Translations under genes and position numbers: made by a program | Assembly: GCA_963759805.1 (NCBI GenBank) | Contig: CAVXAT010000008.1 | Span: 101,054 to 165,053, forward strand | Source of the DNA: an uncultured bacterium | GTDB taxonomy: Bacteria > Babelota > Babeliae > Babelales > RVW-14 | Direction: 5' to 3' | Length of the DNA: 64,000 nucleotides | The notes under the pieces: model-generated | Database searches by the model: none | What the model was told of the DNA's origin: nothing | What the model saw: only the letters and a program-made list of their open reading frames with translations | Part shown: in pieces, positions 1-13,417 of the stretch | How the letters are laid out: each line of letters opens with the position of its first letter | Position numbering within the stretch: position 1 is the stretch's first letter

Positions 1-3000
1 GTCCAATGTCAACTTAGATGTCGCATCGCCCATCATTAAAAGATCTTTTGCCAAAAGGCCTGTCACACCGCTTGTAGCAGGTTCAAAGTAGAAGGTAGTC
101 TTTGGATTAAATTTAAGATTTGCGCCCGACATAATTTGACTTGGAACAGTTGAACGGTAAATAAATGAACTTGTTCCCGTAAAGTTAACATCGTTGTAAC
201 AAAACAGTTCTCCCTGATTGAAGTAAAAATCATTTACAAAGTTCAATCTTGCATTATCAAGAACAAGTTTGCTTCTGCTTGTCGCAAGCTCTATCGGCGG
301 ATTATTTGCAAAGTTTTGATTATTACTGATTACAACGTTTCTCAAAGTCAAAGTCACATTGTCATCAACAAAAATTTGCGAATTGTTGCCAATATTTACC
401 GTATTCCCATCACCCTCAATTATCGTGTTGGCACCAATGTGCATTAAGTTATTACTTGGAATTGCAAGATTTCCGCCCAAATGGATTGCATTGCCATTTC
501 CATAAATCTCCCCAAATCCATAGCTGCTTGTGAACGTTGCTCCGGCCTCAAGGAACAGATCACTGCTCAATGTCAATGTGCCCCCAAGCGATATCTGCCC
601 ATTTACCGGAATTGGAGTATTCAATGCCAAAATTACACCCGGATCAACTTGAAATCCGGCCTTGTACCAGGCAAAGTTTTGAATCGTTGCAGGATGATTA
701 TAAACTTGTTGTGTGTTAAATACTTGGACATTGTTTGAGAGATTAATGATTGCATTGCTGCTGTTCTTGATTCCGTACAAAAACGCGTTACTGTCAGTTC
801 TTACTCTCGTGCTCAAATAATTTGCTGCATTACTTGTTACCCTGAGCAAGTTACTGTTCCCTCGCTCCATTCCATAAAGCCATGCTATCGAGTTGCTTGT
901 CGTTCTGTTCAGATAAATTAATGCATTGCTATTGATTCTCGTTGTTACCGTCAGCCCCACTACCGCGTTACTGTTATCATAAACAAGCTCAGTTGGCGCC
1001 TTGGCATAGCTAACTATCTTATTAGCACCTTCATAATTTACAAGATTATAATCACCCAAACCCTGACCGGTAGTTGTTTTGGTTAATGATCTATCACGCC
1101 AGCCAAGAACTGTGTTTGGACTCATGCGAATTTCGGAATTATTTTGAAGAATATTATTGCTGGCTTTGAGCGTAAAACACGCATTATTATTGCTAAAGAT
1201 CGTATAACCCAAAGTGTTGTCGTAATTAAGTATTCCATCTACCGATACGTTTGCACCGGAAAGTAGTTGAAGATTTAAATCATAACTTGAACCTAAAGCA
1301 GAATTACCAAACACAATTGAATTAGAGATAGCCTGAGAATTATATGCCTCTTGGCCGTATGCTACCTGCGCTAACTGAAGTTCTTGTTGCGTGCTACCTG
1401 TGACAGGCAATAATCCAGCCACAGAACCTCCAACTGCTAGATATAGACCGTTAGGATTCAGGTCACAAGCATAAAGTGCAGTTCCATAAGAAATCTTTTT
1501 TAGAGGAACTAACGAAGATCCTGTAAATGCCATGTACAAAGTCAAATCGCTTGAGGAACTGTCATTGCCACCCACCAGTATAAATCTTCCATCAGGGCTC
1601 CATTTTACAACTCTTGCGTTTACACCAAACGGTGCAGTTGCAACTGCACCAAGCGTAGGTGATGCTGGATTGGCACCATTAAATGAATAAATCGTTATAT
1701 CCTTAGCTGTCGCCCCAGACCCATTTTGTCCTGTTGCTGCCAAGAAATTTCCATCAGGACTCCATGCAACGTTTGTTGCAAAAGATGCGTAACTTCTTGT
1801 TAATGACGTTGCGATCAATGCCCCGTTCCCGTTATTAAAAGAATAAATGGCTATACTGTTGGTTGAAGAGTTTGTGGCAATCGCAATATATTTTCCACTT
1901 GGATGCCAAGAGATTCCTAGAACCTCTGAAACCCCTGAAGTTGCTGAAACTTGATTCAAAGTAGTTCCGTTGAACTGATATATCGTCAGATTTCGCATGT
2001 TGCCGCCAACTGCCAAGTAGTGCCCATCAGGACTCCAGCTTACCGGACCTGTGTATGATGCCCTAGTCGTTCCAAGATTTGTCTGCGCAACTGTCGAAAG
2101 GGTATTATTCACAATGGAGTAAACTTGTAGGTTCGAGGTTGATACTGTTAACGATAATGGTAGGTTTACTTTTCCACCCGCCGCTATATACTGCCCATCA
2201 GGACTCCATGAAACACCTGATGACGTTACCGAAAAGGCAGTCGCTGCCAACGTTGTTGTTGTTGATCCGGAAAAGAGGTATACTGCCACGTTATTTGCTT
2301 GCGCTAGTAATTTTTCCCTCGTTTGACCCGCAACTGCCAACATTCTTCCATCAGGACTCCACTGTAATGTATCAACTTCCCTGAATGCTCTTCCTATATA
2401 ATTAGGAGTGGTACCTGATTGAATTTGATATGCATAACTTGTCCCTGTAATCTGCAGTGATGCCGCACTTGTCATCGTAACTTTATTACCAAGCAGTAAC
2501 TGTCCTTTGGTCAGACGCATTCCTGTCAGTGTTGTTTTAAGTGATGCTCCATCCAATGTCAACTTTGATGTCGCATCGCCCATTACAAATAAATCTTTTG
2601 CCAAAATTCCCGATGCACTCGTAGTAGACGGCGCGAAGGCAAATGTCGTTCCCGGATTAAATTTAAGATTTGCACCTGACATTATATAACTTGGGCTTGC
2701 AGAGCGATAAATAATTGCACTTGTACCTGTAACGTTAACATCGTTGTATGCAAACATTTGTCCACGATCAAAGTAGAAATCATTGGATAAATTTAATCTC
2801 GCATTATCAAAAACAATCTTGCTTCTGCTCGTTGCAAGTTTTATTGGCGGATTACCTGCAAAATTTTCGGTATTATCAATTACAACGTTGCGCAATGTAA
2901 GAGTTACAGTGTCATCAATAAAAATTTGAGAATTGTTGCCGAGATTGATCGTGTTATTATTGCCATCCAATACAGCATTTGCAGTGACGTGAATTACAGT

Positions 3001-3354
3001 GTTGGCAGGGATGTTCCAGTTCGAACCTATCAAAGTGTTCGGCACTCCGGGATAGTTTATGATGTTCCCTGAACTTGGATATGTTGAGTTGCCTATGTTT
3101 TTGGCATCCAACAGCAGATTATAATCACCCAAGCCGGCGTTGGAGGCGTTGGCAATTATCGAATCACTTTGCCAGCCTGAAATTGTAGTCGGCGTAAACC
3201 TTATTTGCGAATTGCTGTTTTTGAGAACAAATCTCGTAGACTCCATATCCAATTGAAGACTGGCAAATACAAACGGATCCTGAATCAAGTTCAGGATGAC
3301 AAAATAGGAGGATAGAATACGTGCTAACCAAAACCATTTACTCTGAAACTTCAT
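1..3354 (-). CDS. Large secreted protein with beta-helix-like modules and a WD40-like propeller (3'-partial, >1100 aa)
   Basis: Not in the ORF track because it runs off the left edge. ATG at 3354; manually read segments stay in one frame: MKFQSKWFWLARILSSYFVILNLIQDPFVFAS..., WSPDG repeats, SNSIVFGNSALGSSYDL, then a second copy of the N-terminal module (...DNARLNFVNDFYFNQG...KDLLMMGDATSKLTLD). Confidence 0.85.
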   Translation of the reverse strand, partial: MKFQSKWFWLARILSSYFVILNLIQDPFVFASLQLDMESTRFVLKNSNSQIRFTPTTISGWQSDSIIANASNAGLGDYNLLLDAKNIGNSTYPSSGNIINYPGVPNTLIGSNWNIPANTVIHVTANAVLDGNNNTINLGNNSQIFIDDTVTLTLRNVVIDNTENFAGNPPIKLATSRSKIVFDNARLNLSNDFYFDRGQMFAYNDVNVTGTSAIIYRSASPSYIMSGANLKFNPGTTFAFAPSTTSASGILAKDLFVMGDATSKLTLDGASLKTTLTGMRLTKGQLLLGNKVTMTSAASLQITGTSYAYQIQSGTTPNYIGRAFREVDTLQWSPDGRMLAVAGQTREKLLAQANNVAVYLFSGSTTTTLAATAFSVTSSGVSWSPDGQYIAAGGKVNLPLSLTVSTSNLQVYSIVNNTLSTVAQTNLGTTRASYTGPVSWSPDGHYLAVGGNMRNLTIYQFNGTTLNQVSATSGVSEVLGISWHPSGKYIAIATNSSTNSIAIYSFNNGNGALIATSLTRSYASFATNVAWSPDGNFLAATGQNGSGATAKDITIYSFNGANPASPTLGAVATAPFGVNARVVKWSPDGRFILVGGNDSSSSDLTLYMAFTGSSLVPLKKISYGTALYACDLNPNGLYLAVGGSVAGLLPVTGSTQQELQLAQVAYGQEAYNSQAISNSIVFGNSALGSSYDLNLQLLSGANVSVDGILNYDNTLGYTIFSNNNACFTLKASNNILQNNSEIRMSPNTVLGWRDRSLTKTTTGQGLGDYNLVNYEGANKIVSYAKAPTELVYDNSNAVVGLTVTTRINSNALIYLNRTTSNSIAWLYGMERGNSNLLRVTSNAANYLSTRVRTDSNAFLYGIKNSSNAIINLSNNVQVFNTQQVYNHPATIQNFAWYKAGFQVDPGVILALNTPIPVNGQISLGGTLTLSSDLFLEAGATFTSSYGFGEIYGNGNAIHLGGNLAIPSNNLMHIGANTIIEGDGNTVNIGNNSQIFVDDNVTLTLRNVVISNNQNFANNPPIELATSRSKLVLDNARLNFVNDFYFNQGELFCYNDVNFTGTSSFIYRSTVPSQIMSGANLKFNPKTTFYFEPATSGVTGLLAKDLLMMGDATSKLTLD
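3275..3301. repeat. Family-1 REP-like palindrome, in frame inside a CDS
   Basis: GGATCCTGAATCAAGTTCAGGATGACA matches intergenic copies at ~13.92, 28.10 and 56.76 kb; translates VILNLIQDP on the minus strand. Confidence 0.75.
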
Positions 3355-3454
3355 AAAACTCTCTCTTTCCATTTTTTTGTTTTTTATAACTTATCCTTCG
3401 TAATTTTGTTTAGCATCCTAACTTACACAATCGTAATTTATTATGCCATCTACG

Positions 3455-3488
3455 GTCCAGGCTTCGCCAAGGCTACGCCGGACTGGAC
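3455..3488. repeat. Family-2 palindromic element
   Basis: GTCCAG-GCTTCGCCAAGGCTACGCCGGA-CTGGAC; core resembles CTACGGCGGAC in other copies. Confidence 0.6.
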
Positions 3489-3502
3489 ATATTCACGCAA
3501 AC

Positions 3503-5594
3503 CTAACTTACACAATCGTAATTCACCATACCATCTACGGTCATCTGTGCACCGGACAACCCACGTACGCTCAAATCATAACCTGACCCCAACGCCGAGT
3601 TGCCAAAAACAATCGAGTTGGACAGGGCTTGAGTTTGTGTCTCATAGCTCCAGTGTAATGCCTGTATCTGCACCTCCTCAAATGATGGTGAATTGGCAGC
3701 ATTACCGGCAATAGCCAAAAAATTGTTATCAGGACTGAATGCAATACCACGAGCATAACTATTAGTAAGTTTAAATGTGCCAACTTGTGAAAGCGTGTTC
3801 CCCACAAGTTGAAAAACAATAGCGTTAAAATTCGCTGTTGTTGCATCTTGTCCGCAAAATGCAACGTAACGCCCGGTTTTATCCCAGGAAGCGGTGTAGC
3901 CCGAAGCGCCTGTTGTGCCTGTATAAGAAGCAACACGCACTAATGCGCTACCGGTAAAGTAATGAACCCAGAACATAGGGGCTGCATCTGTAGATGCTGC
4001 AGTTGCCAAAAATCTTCCATCCGGGCTCCAAACAATATCAGCAGCACCAGTAAGAGTGTAACTATTCAATAAAATCAAAGAATTTCCCGTAAATTTGTAT
4101 ATTGCAAGCGCAGTAGATGAACCTACAGCAATGGTTTGCCCATCAGGATTCCAAGATGCACCATAGCTAGTGCTTCCCAAATTTACTGATGCAACCACAC
4201 TCCCAAGAGAGGTTCCTGTAAATGCGTAAACATTTAATTGATGTAAGCCCAAATTAGAAGCAACAGCAAGATAGCGTCCATCCGGGCTCCAACGAGCGGT
4301 CCAAGATTCAACAGGACCCGCTAAAGAAGCTACATGACGTAAGAGTTGTTCCATTAAAAGAATAAACTCTTACAAAAACCGTCCCACCGGAATCCTGTCC
4401 GGCACAGGCTAAATATCTTCCATCCGGACTCCAACTAGCCCCAAGACAAAAATTTGACCAAGCAGTTTGAGTAATAGGGGTAAAGGATGTCCCATTAAAC
4501 CCTAGAACTACAAATCTGATAGAACCTGCAGGCCCACTATCAACACCAAAAGCTATGTACTTTCCCGAAGGGTGCCAATCAACGCAAGCAGCTCTTGGCG
4601 TTGCCTGCCAGTTAGTGACAGTAGTAGAAAAGTCGACAAGCCGAAATGCTGCGGCGCTTGTCATTGATACTTTATTATCAAACAACAATTGCCCCCGGGT
4701 TAAACGAAATCCCGTATATGTTGATTTAAGGGTGCAACCGTTTAAATAAAGTTGGCTTGTTGGGTCAGCCATATATAATAAATCTTTTGCCAAAAGTGAA
4801 GGAGTTCCGGTTGTGCTAGGGTAAAAATCAAGCGTTGTTCCAACATCAAAGTACAGTTTTGCCCCTGAAGTTATAAAGCTTGGCTGGCATGAACTGTAAA
4901 AGAATGCTGACGTACCGGTTACAGCAACATCATTATGAACAAACATGCTGCCTTGATTAAAATAAAAATCATTGGGAAGATCAAGCTCAGCATTATCCAA
5001 ACAAAGTTGGCTTCGGGAAGATGCACACTGGATGGCAGGACTCCCCGGACTGTTCAACGTCCCTTGCACAATTATATTTTTCAAAGTCAGCGTTGCACCG
5101 ATATCAACAAAAAGCTGTGATCTGCCCCCAAGAATTAATTTATGCCCTTGTCCATTAAATGCAACTCTTCCCCCGACGTGAATTGTATTGCCTGCCGGAA
5201 TTGTTAGATCACCTTTTAAAATTACGGCTCTATCATAACCGTACAATCTTCCCCCCGAAGAGAACGTAACTCCATTATCCAAAGTTAAATCCGAAAGAAG
5301 AATTATAGTATTTGTGTTACGTAAATCGATTGCGCCGGAGACGGAGATGCATGTGTCCATGTAAACAGAAGATCCATGCGCCGCAGCTGGCACAAGAGTA
5401 AACCCATTTGTCATTCTGACAAATCCAATGGCACTCTGTTGATCCCTAAAGTTATTTTGTGTTGTTGTGTACAAGATCCCGGCACGGCCAAGCAGGCTGC
5501 CTGCAAACATGTTAGAAAAATATAGTGCTGCAAGAAACACGCACTCTATTAAAAAAAGTAATCTCAGATTTTTCTGTACTAATCTCATTTCCAT
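3503..5594 (-). pseudogene. Secreted WD40-like propeller paralog A, frameshifted (ORFs 4308..5594 + 3503..4354)
   Basis: Colinear with intact 8006..10093; one extra base near 4336 (TACATGACGTAAG vs TACCTGCGTAAG). May be an assembly error. Confidence 0.75.
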
Positions 5595-5629
5595 CTCTCT
5601 TTTTTAGATCTCCAACTTCTCGAACTGGG

Positions 5630-5705
5630 CCTGTCCGTCGTAGCCACGAGTGCATACACCTACGCTCTACGTAGCTACGGTGCACAAGACGAGGGCGAAG
5701 TCGGA
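5630..5705. repeat. Nested family-2 palindromic element upstream of paralog A
   Basis: CTGTCCGTCGTAGC...GCTACGGTGCACAAGACG...GAAGTCGGA; identical to 7887..7962. Confidence 0.7.
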
Positions 5706-5748
5706 ATCTGTCAGCATTAATTTATAAGCCGGCCATTTTTATGCAAAC

Positions 5749-7848
5749 CTAACTTACACAGTCGTAATTCACTAAACCGTCTACAGCCATCTGCGCCCCT
5801 GATAATCCGCGGACATTCAAATCATAACTTGACCCCAACGCCGAGTTGCCAAAAACAATCGAGTTGGACAGAGCTTGAGTTTGTGTCTCATAACTCCAGT
5901 GCAATGCCTGTATCTGCACCTCCTCAAATGATGGTGAATTGGCAGCATTACCGGCAATAGCCAAAAAATTGTTATCAGGACTGAATGCAATGCCACGAGC
6001 ATAAGTTGAAGTAAAGTAAAATGTGCCAATTGGTGAAAGCGTGTTTCCCACAAGTTGAAAAACAACAGCATTATATGTAGGCGTTGTTTGATCTTGTCCT
6101 CCAAATGCCACGTAACGGCCGGTTTTATCCCAGGAAGCGGTGTAGCCCGAAGCGCCTGTTGTGCCTGTATAAGAAGCAACACGCACTAATGCGCTACCGG
6201 TAAAGTAATGAACCCAGAACATATGGATGTATTTTAGAGCAGCAGTTGCCAGAAATCTTCCATCCGGACTCCAAACAGTATCGGCAGCACCAGAAATAGT
6301 ATAATTACTATGCAATTGAATCAACGACGTCCCCGTAAATTTGTATATTCCGAGCACATTGCTATTATTAACAGCTACAGCAATAGTTTGCCCATCAGGA
6401 TTCCATGAAACTCCCTGGGCAGCAAATGAGAAACTTTGGGACCCAATAAGAACAAGAGTATTTCCGGTAAATGCATAAACAGTTAATGGGTTTGCGCTCA
6501 AATTAGAACCAACAACAAGATAACGTCCATCAGGACTCCAACGAGCGGTATATGCCATGGGGCCGAGGGTACCCGATATAGTAGCTACCTGCGTAAGAGT
6601 TGTTCCGTTAAAAGAATAAACTCTTACATAGGTATTTGATGTATCCTGCCCGGCACAGGCTAAATATCTTCCATCCGGGCTCCAATTAACCCCATAAGCA
6701 TAAGCTTGCCATGATGGCAGTTTGAGTGATAGGGGTAAATGATGTTCCATTAAACCCTAGAACTACAAATCTAGGGCTGAACGCAGCCCAGCTTGAACAC
6801 CAAAGGCAACATACTTTCCCGAAGGATGCCAATCAACGCAGGTAGCCATTGTTGTTGCTTGCCAGTTAGTGACAGTAGTAGAAAAGTCGGCAAGTCGAAG
6901 GGCTGCGGCGCTTGTCATTGATACTTTATTATCAAACAACAATTGTCCCTGGGTTAAACGAAATCCGGTATAAGTGGATTTAAGGGTGCAACCGTTTAAA
7001 TAAAGTTGACTTGTCGGATCAGCCATAAACAATAAATCTTTTGCCAAAAGCGAAGGGGTTCCGGTTGTGCTAGGATAAAAATCAAGTGTTGTTCCAACAT
7101 CAAAGTACAGCTTTGCCCCTGAAGTTATAAAACTTGGCTGGCATGAACTATAAAAGAATGCTGACGTGCCGGTTACAGCAACATCGTTATGAACAAACAT
7201 GCTGCCTTGATTAAAATAAAAATCGTTGGGAAGCGCAAGCTCAACATTATCCAAACAAAGTTGGCTTTTAGAAGATGCACACTGGATGGCAGGACTCCCC
7301 GGACTGTTCAATGTACCTTGCACAATTAGATTTTTCAGCGTCAGCGTAGCACCGGTATCAACAAAAAGCTGCGATCTGCCGCCCAGGATTAATTTATGCC
7401 CTTGTCCATCAATAACTATTCTATCGCCTATGTGAATAACCGTGCTCGCAGGGATTGTTAAGTCTCCATTTAAAATCAAAGCTCTGTCGTAACCATAAAT
7501 AGCTCCACTGGAGGAGAATGTAACTCCATTATCCAGAATTAGGTCTGATTGAAGAAAGATCTCGTTACCATTACGTAAATCAATCGGCCCGGAGACGGTA
7601 GTGCATAAATCCATATAAGCAATCGAAGCGCTTGAGTTCGGGACAACAGTAAAGCCATTAGTCATTCTGACAAAACCTCTGGCATAGTCCGTGTTACGAA
7701 AAACGTAGTTGAAAGGCTGGTATGCAAAATAGCCCGGCGATCCGCCAAGACTCGCTGCAGATAAAGTTGAAAAATATAGTGCTGCAAAAAACACGTACTC
7801 TATTAAAAAAAGTAATCTCAGATTTTTCCGTACTAATCTCATTTCCAT
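5749..7848 (-). pseudogene. Secreted WD40-like propeller paralog B, interrupted (ORFs 6763..7848 + 5749..6750, same frame)
   Basis: Against paralog C: -1 indel near 6775-6790 and +1 near 6715 compensate, leaving a TAG at 6763-6765 in the shifted stretch. May be an assembly error. Confidence 0.75.
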
Positions 7849-7886
7849 CTCTCTTTTTCTCAGATCTCCAACTTCTCGGAGCTGGG

Positions 7887-7962
7887 CCTGTCCGTCGTAG
7901 CCACGAGTGCATACACCTACGCTCTACGTAGCTACGGTGCACAAGACGAGGGCGAAGTCGGA
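7887..7962. repeat. Nested family-2 palindromic element upstream of paralog B
   Basis: Identical to 5630..5705, within a duplicated intergenic/leader block. Confidence 0.7.
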
Positions 7963-8005
7963 ATCTGTCAGCATTAATTTATAAGCCGGATATATTCCTA
8001 CAAAC

Positions 8006-10093
8006 TTAACTTACACAATCGTAATTCACCATACCGTCTACGGTCATCTGTGCACATGACAATCCGCGCACATACAAATCATAACTTGCACCCAAGGCTG
8101 AGTTGCCAAAAACTATTGAGTTGGACAGAGCTTGAGTTTGTGTCTCATAACTCCAGTGCAATGCCTGTATCTGCACCTCCTCAAATGATGGTGAATTGGC
8201 AGCGCTACCGGCAATAGCCAGAAAATTGTTATCTGGGCTAAATGCAATGCCACGAGCAGAAGTTGAGCTAAAGTAAAATGTACCAATTGGTAAAAGAGTG
8301 TTCCCCACAAGTTGAAAAACAACAGCGTTATATGTCGGAGTTGATTGATCTTGCCCACTAAACGCCACATAGCGGCCAGTTTTATCCCAGGCACAAGCAG
8401 TGCCAGACCCAGTAGACGAAAGATTATAAGTAGCAACACGCACTAATGCGCTACCGGTAAAATAATGAATCCAGCCAATAACTGCTGGTGAAGATACTAC
8501 AGTAGTTGCTAAAAATCTTCCATCAGGACTCCAAGCCATATCATTAAATTGAGAGGCGCCGAAATTGGTGTAACTATTCAATAAAACCAAAGACTTTCCC
8601 GTAAATTTGTATATTGCAAGCGTACCCCCATTATTACCTACAGCAATGGTTTGTCCATCAGGATTCCAACATGAGCCAAAGGAAGTTCCTAATACATTCG
8701 CTGATGTAACAAAAATAAGAGAAACTCCTGTAAATGCATAAATAGCTAATTGATTTGAGCTCACATTATTAGAAACCGCAAGATAACGACCATCAGGGCT
8801 CCAACGAGCGGTCCAGGCCTCACCAGTTGATAGAGAAGCTACCTGCGTAAGAGTTGCTCCGTTAAAAGAATAAACCCTTACATCAATTAACGATGAATCC
8901 TGTCCGGCACAGGCTAAATATCTTCCATCCGGGCTCCAACTAGCCCCAAGGCAATCGTTTGACCAGGTCGCAGTTTGAGTAATAGGGGTAAATGACGTCC
9001 CATTAAACCCTAGAACTACAAATCTGATAGAGCCGGCAGGCCCACTATCAACACCAAATGCAACATATTTTCCCGAAGGATGCCAATCGACACAAGCAGC
9101 TCTTGCTGACGCCTGCCAGTTAGTGACAGTAGTAGAAAAGTCGGCAAGTCGAAACGCTGCGGCGCTTGTCATTGATACTTTATTATCAAACAACAATAAT
9201 CCCTGAGTTAAACGAAATCCGGTATATGTTGATTTAAGGGTACAACCGTTCAAATAAAGCTGACTTGTCGGATCGGACATAAACAATAAATCTTTTGCCA
9301 AAAGTGAAGGCGTTCCGGTTGTGCTAGGGTAAAAATCAAGCGTTGTTCCAACATCAAAGTACAACTTTGCCCCTGAAGTTATAAAACTTGGCTGGCATGA
9401 ACTATAAAAGAATGCTGACGTGCCGGTTACAGCAACATCGTTATGAACAAACATGCTGCCTTGATTAAAATAAAAATCGTTGGGAAGCGCAAGCTCAACA
9501 TTATCCAAACAAAGTTGGCTTTTAGAAGATGCACACTGGATGGCAGGACTCCCCGGACTGTTCAATGTACCTTGCACAATTAGATTTTTCAGCGTCAGCG
9601 TAGCACCGGTATCAACAAAAAGCTGCGATCTGCCGCCCAGGATTAATTTATGCCCTTGTCCATCAATAACTATTCTATCGCCTATGTGAATAACCGTGCT
9701 CGCAGGGATTGTTAAGTCTCCATTTAAAATCAAAGCTCTGTCGTAACCATAAATATTTCCACTGGAGGAGAATGTAACTCCATTATCCAGAATTAGGTCT
9801 GATTGAAGAAAGATCTCGTTACCATTACGTAAATCAATCGGCCCGGAGACGGTAGTGCATAAATCCATATAAACAGTCGAGGCATTTACGGCCGATAGAA
9901 CCGTAAATCCATTAGTCATTCTGACAAAACCTCTGGCATAGTCCGTGTTACGAAAAACGTAGTTGAAAAGCTGATATTTCGCCGTACTTGTCCCATCTAG
10001 AGACGTCGAATGAAGACTGACCAAAACCAAAAATTGGGTGAAAAATATATGTATGAAAAAAATGCGTGTTGCCCAATTTAAAATCAATCTCAT
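8006..10093 (-). CDS. Secreted WD40-like propeller paralog C (intact)
   Basis: Hydrophobic N-terminus, ~300 aa conserved module, seven W(S/N/H)P(D/S)G-type repeats, C-terminal SNSIVFGN...NYDCVS; GAGGAG RBS before the ATG at 10093. Confidence 0.9.
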   Translation of the reverse strand: MRLILNWATRIFFIHIFFTQFLVLVSLHSTSLDGTSTAKYQLFNYVFRNTDYARGFVRMTNGFTVLSAVNASTVYMDLCTTVSGPIDLRNGNEIFLQSDLILDNGVTFSSSGNIYGYDRALILNGDLTIPASTVIHIGDRIVIDGQGHKLILGGRSQLFVDTGATLTLKNLIVQGTLNSPGSPAIQCASSKSQLCLDNVELALPNDFYFNQGSMFVHNDVAVTGTSAFFYSSCQPSFITSGAKLYFDVGTTLDFYPSTTGTPSLLAKDLLFMSDPTSQLYLNGCTLKSTYTGFRLTQGLLLFDNKVSMTSAAAFRLADFSTTVTNWQASARAACVDWHPSGKYVAFGVDSGPAGSIRFVVLGFNGTSFTPITQTATWSNDCLGASWSPDGRYLACAGQDSSLIDVRVYSFNGATLTQVASLSTGEAWTARWSPDGRYLAVSNNVSSNQLAIYAFTGVSLIFVTSANVLGTSFGSCWNPDGQTIAVGNNGGTLAIYKFTGKSLVLLNSYTNFGASQFNDMAWSPDGRFLATTVVSSPAVIGWIHYFTGSALVRVATYNLSSTGSGTACAWDKTGRYVAFSGQDQSTPTYNAVVFQLVGNTLLPIGTFYFSSTSARGIAFSPDNNFLAIAGSAANSPSFEEVQIQALHWSYETQTQALSNSIVFGNSALGASYDLYVRGLSCAQMTVDGMVNYDCVS

Positions 10094-10243
10094 TATTCTC
10101 CTCAATCCCTTTTAAATTGTTCGAATCACAGATGCTATGAAGTTATAAAAAATCAAACAGAATGTAAATATTTTTAAAAAACTTATACATTAATGATTCT
10201 AATTGAATTCAAAAGAATAGGGATAAAAAAAGTTAAAATAAGA

Positions 10244-10269
10244 AACCCCACACTCAATGCATGGGGGTC
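10244..10269 (-). terminator. Hairpin downstream of gyrB
   Basis: ACCCCCA...TGGGGGT inverted repeat followed by T-rich sequence on the minus strand. Confidence 0.5.
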
Positions 10270-10303
10270 TATTATCTAGCAAATATAATTTTGACAGTCA
10301 AAG

Positions 10304-12736
<2,433 letters not shown>

Positions 12737-12916
12737 TCACCCCACTACCTAAAAAATAAAATTTATCTGTCATTAGTTATTTGCCATTTTCACAGAATAC
12801 TTCCAAAAAAATGAAGCTTTTAGTATTTTAGCATACATACTCGTGTTAATCGGCCATTATTTAAAGTAAAAGGATACCATAATTTGAGTTATAAATCACT
12901 CGATTTGAGAACTGAT

Positions 12917-13405
12917 ATGAAAAAAGATAAGCCTCTTTTAAGAAGCCACTTTAAAAATCATGAATTTTATATGCAAAAAGCATTACAACAGGCAAAAATA
13001 GCAGCTATCCATAATGAAGTTCCAGTTGGAGCGGTGATAGTCGGCCCGTATGGGGAAATAATAGCGCGAGCGTACAATAAAGTTGAGACTAATGCATGCC
13101 AAACGGGACATGCAGAAGTTTTGGCTATTCAAAAAGCTACCAAAAAGATGGGAGACTGGCGATTGAATGGCTGTTCGATTTATGTTACCCTGCAACCATG
13201 CCTGATGTGCCTTGGTTTAATACAACTTAGCAGACTTGAAAAAGTCGTTTTTGGAGCTGCCTCACCAATATTTGGAACAGGATCTTTGACAAGTAACACT
13301 AAATTAGTGCATAATTACCTAAAAAAGTTGGACATCGAAGGTGGAATTAAAGAAAAAGATTGCGCAGATCTATTGAAGTCTTTTTTCAGGAAAAAGCGAT
13401 TTTAA
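12917..13405 (+). CDS. tadA: tRNA adenosine(34) deaminase
   Basis: EVPVGAVIV, HAE, PCLMC, WRL motifs. Confidence 0.88.
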   Translation: MKKDKPLLRSHFKNHEFYMQKALQQAKIAAIHNEVPVGAVIVGPYGEIIARAYNKVETNACQTGHAEVLAIQKATKKMGDWRLNGCSIYVTLQPCLMCLGLIQLSRLEKVVFGAASPIFGTGSLTSNTKLVHNYLKKLDIEGGIKEKDCADLLKSFFRKKRF

Positions 13406-13417
13406 GCTAAGAAAGGC

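Noticed and set aside
481..2689. Short plus-strand ORFs
   Set aside because: Antisense to the long minus-strand gene 1..3354.
3418..3545. Stub repeat as a DGR template for the propeller genes
   Set aside because: Only 40 bp, covers the invariant end, no reverse transcriptase in the window, and paralog variation includes indels.
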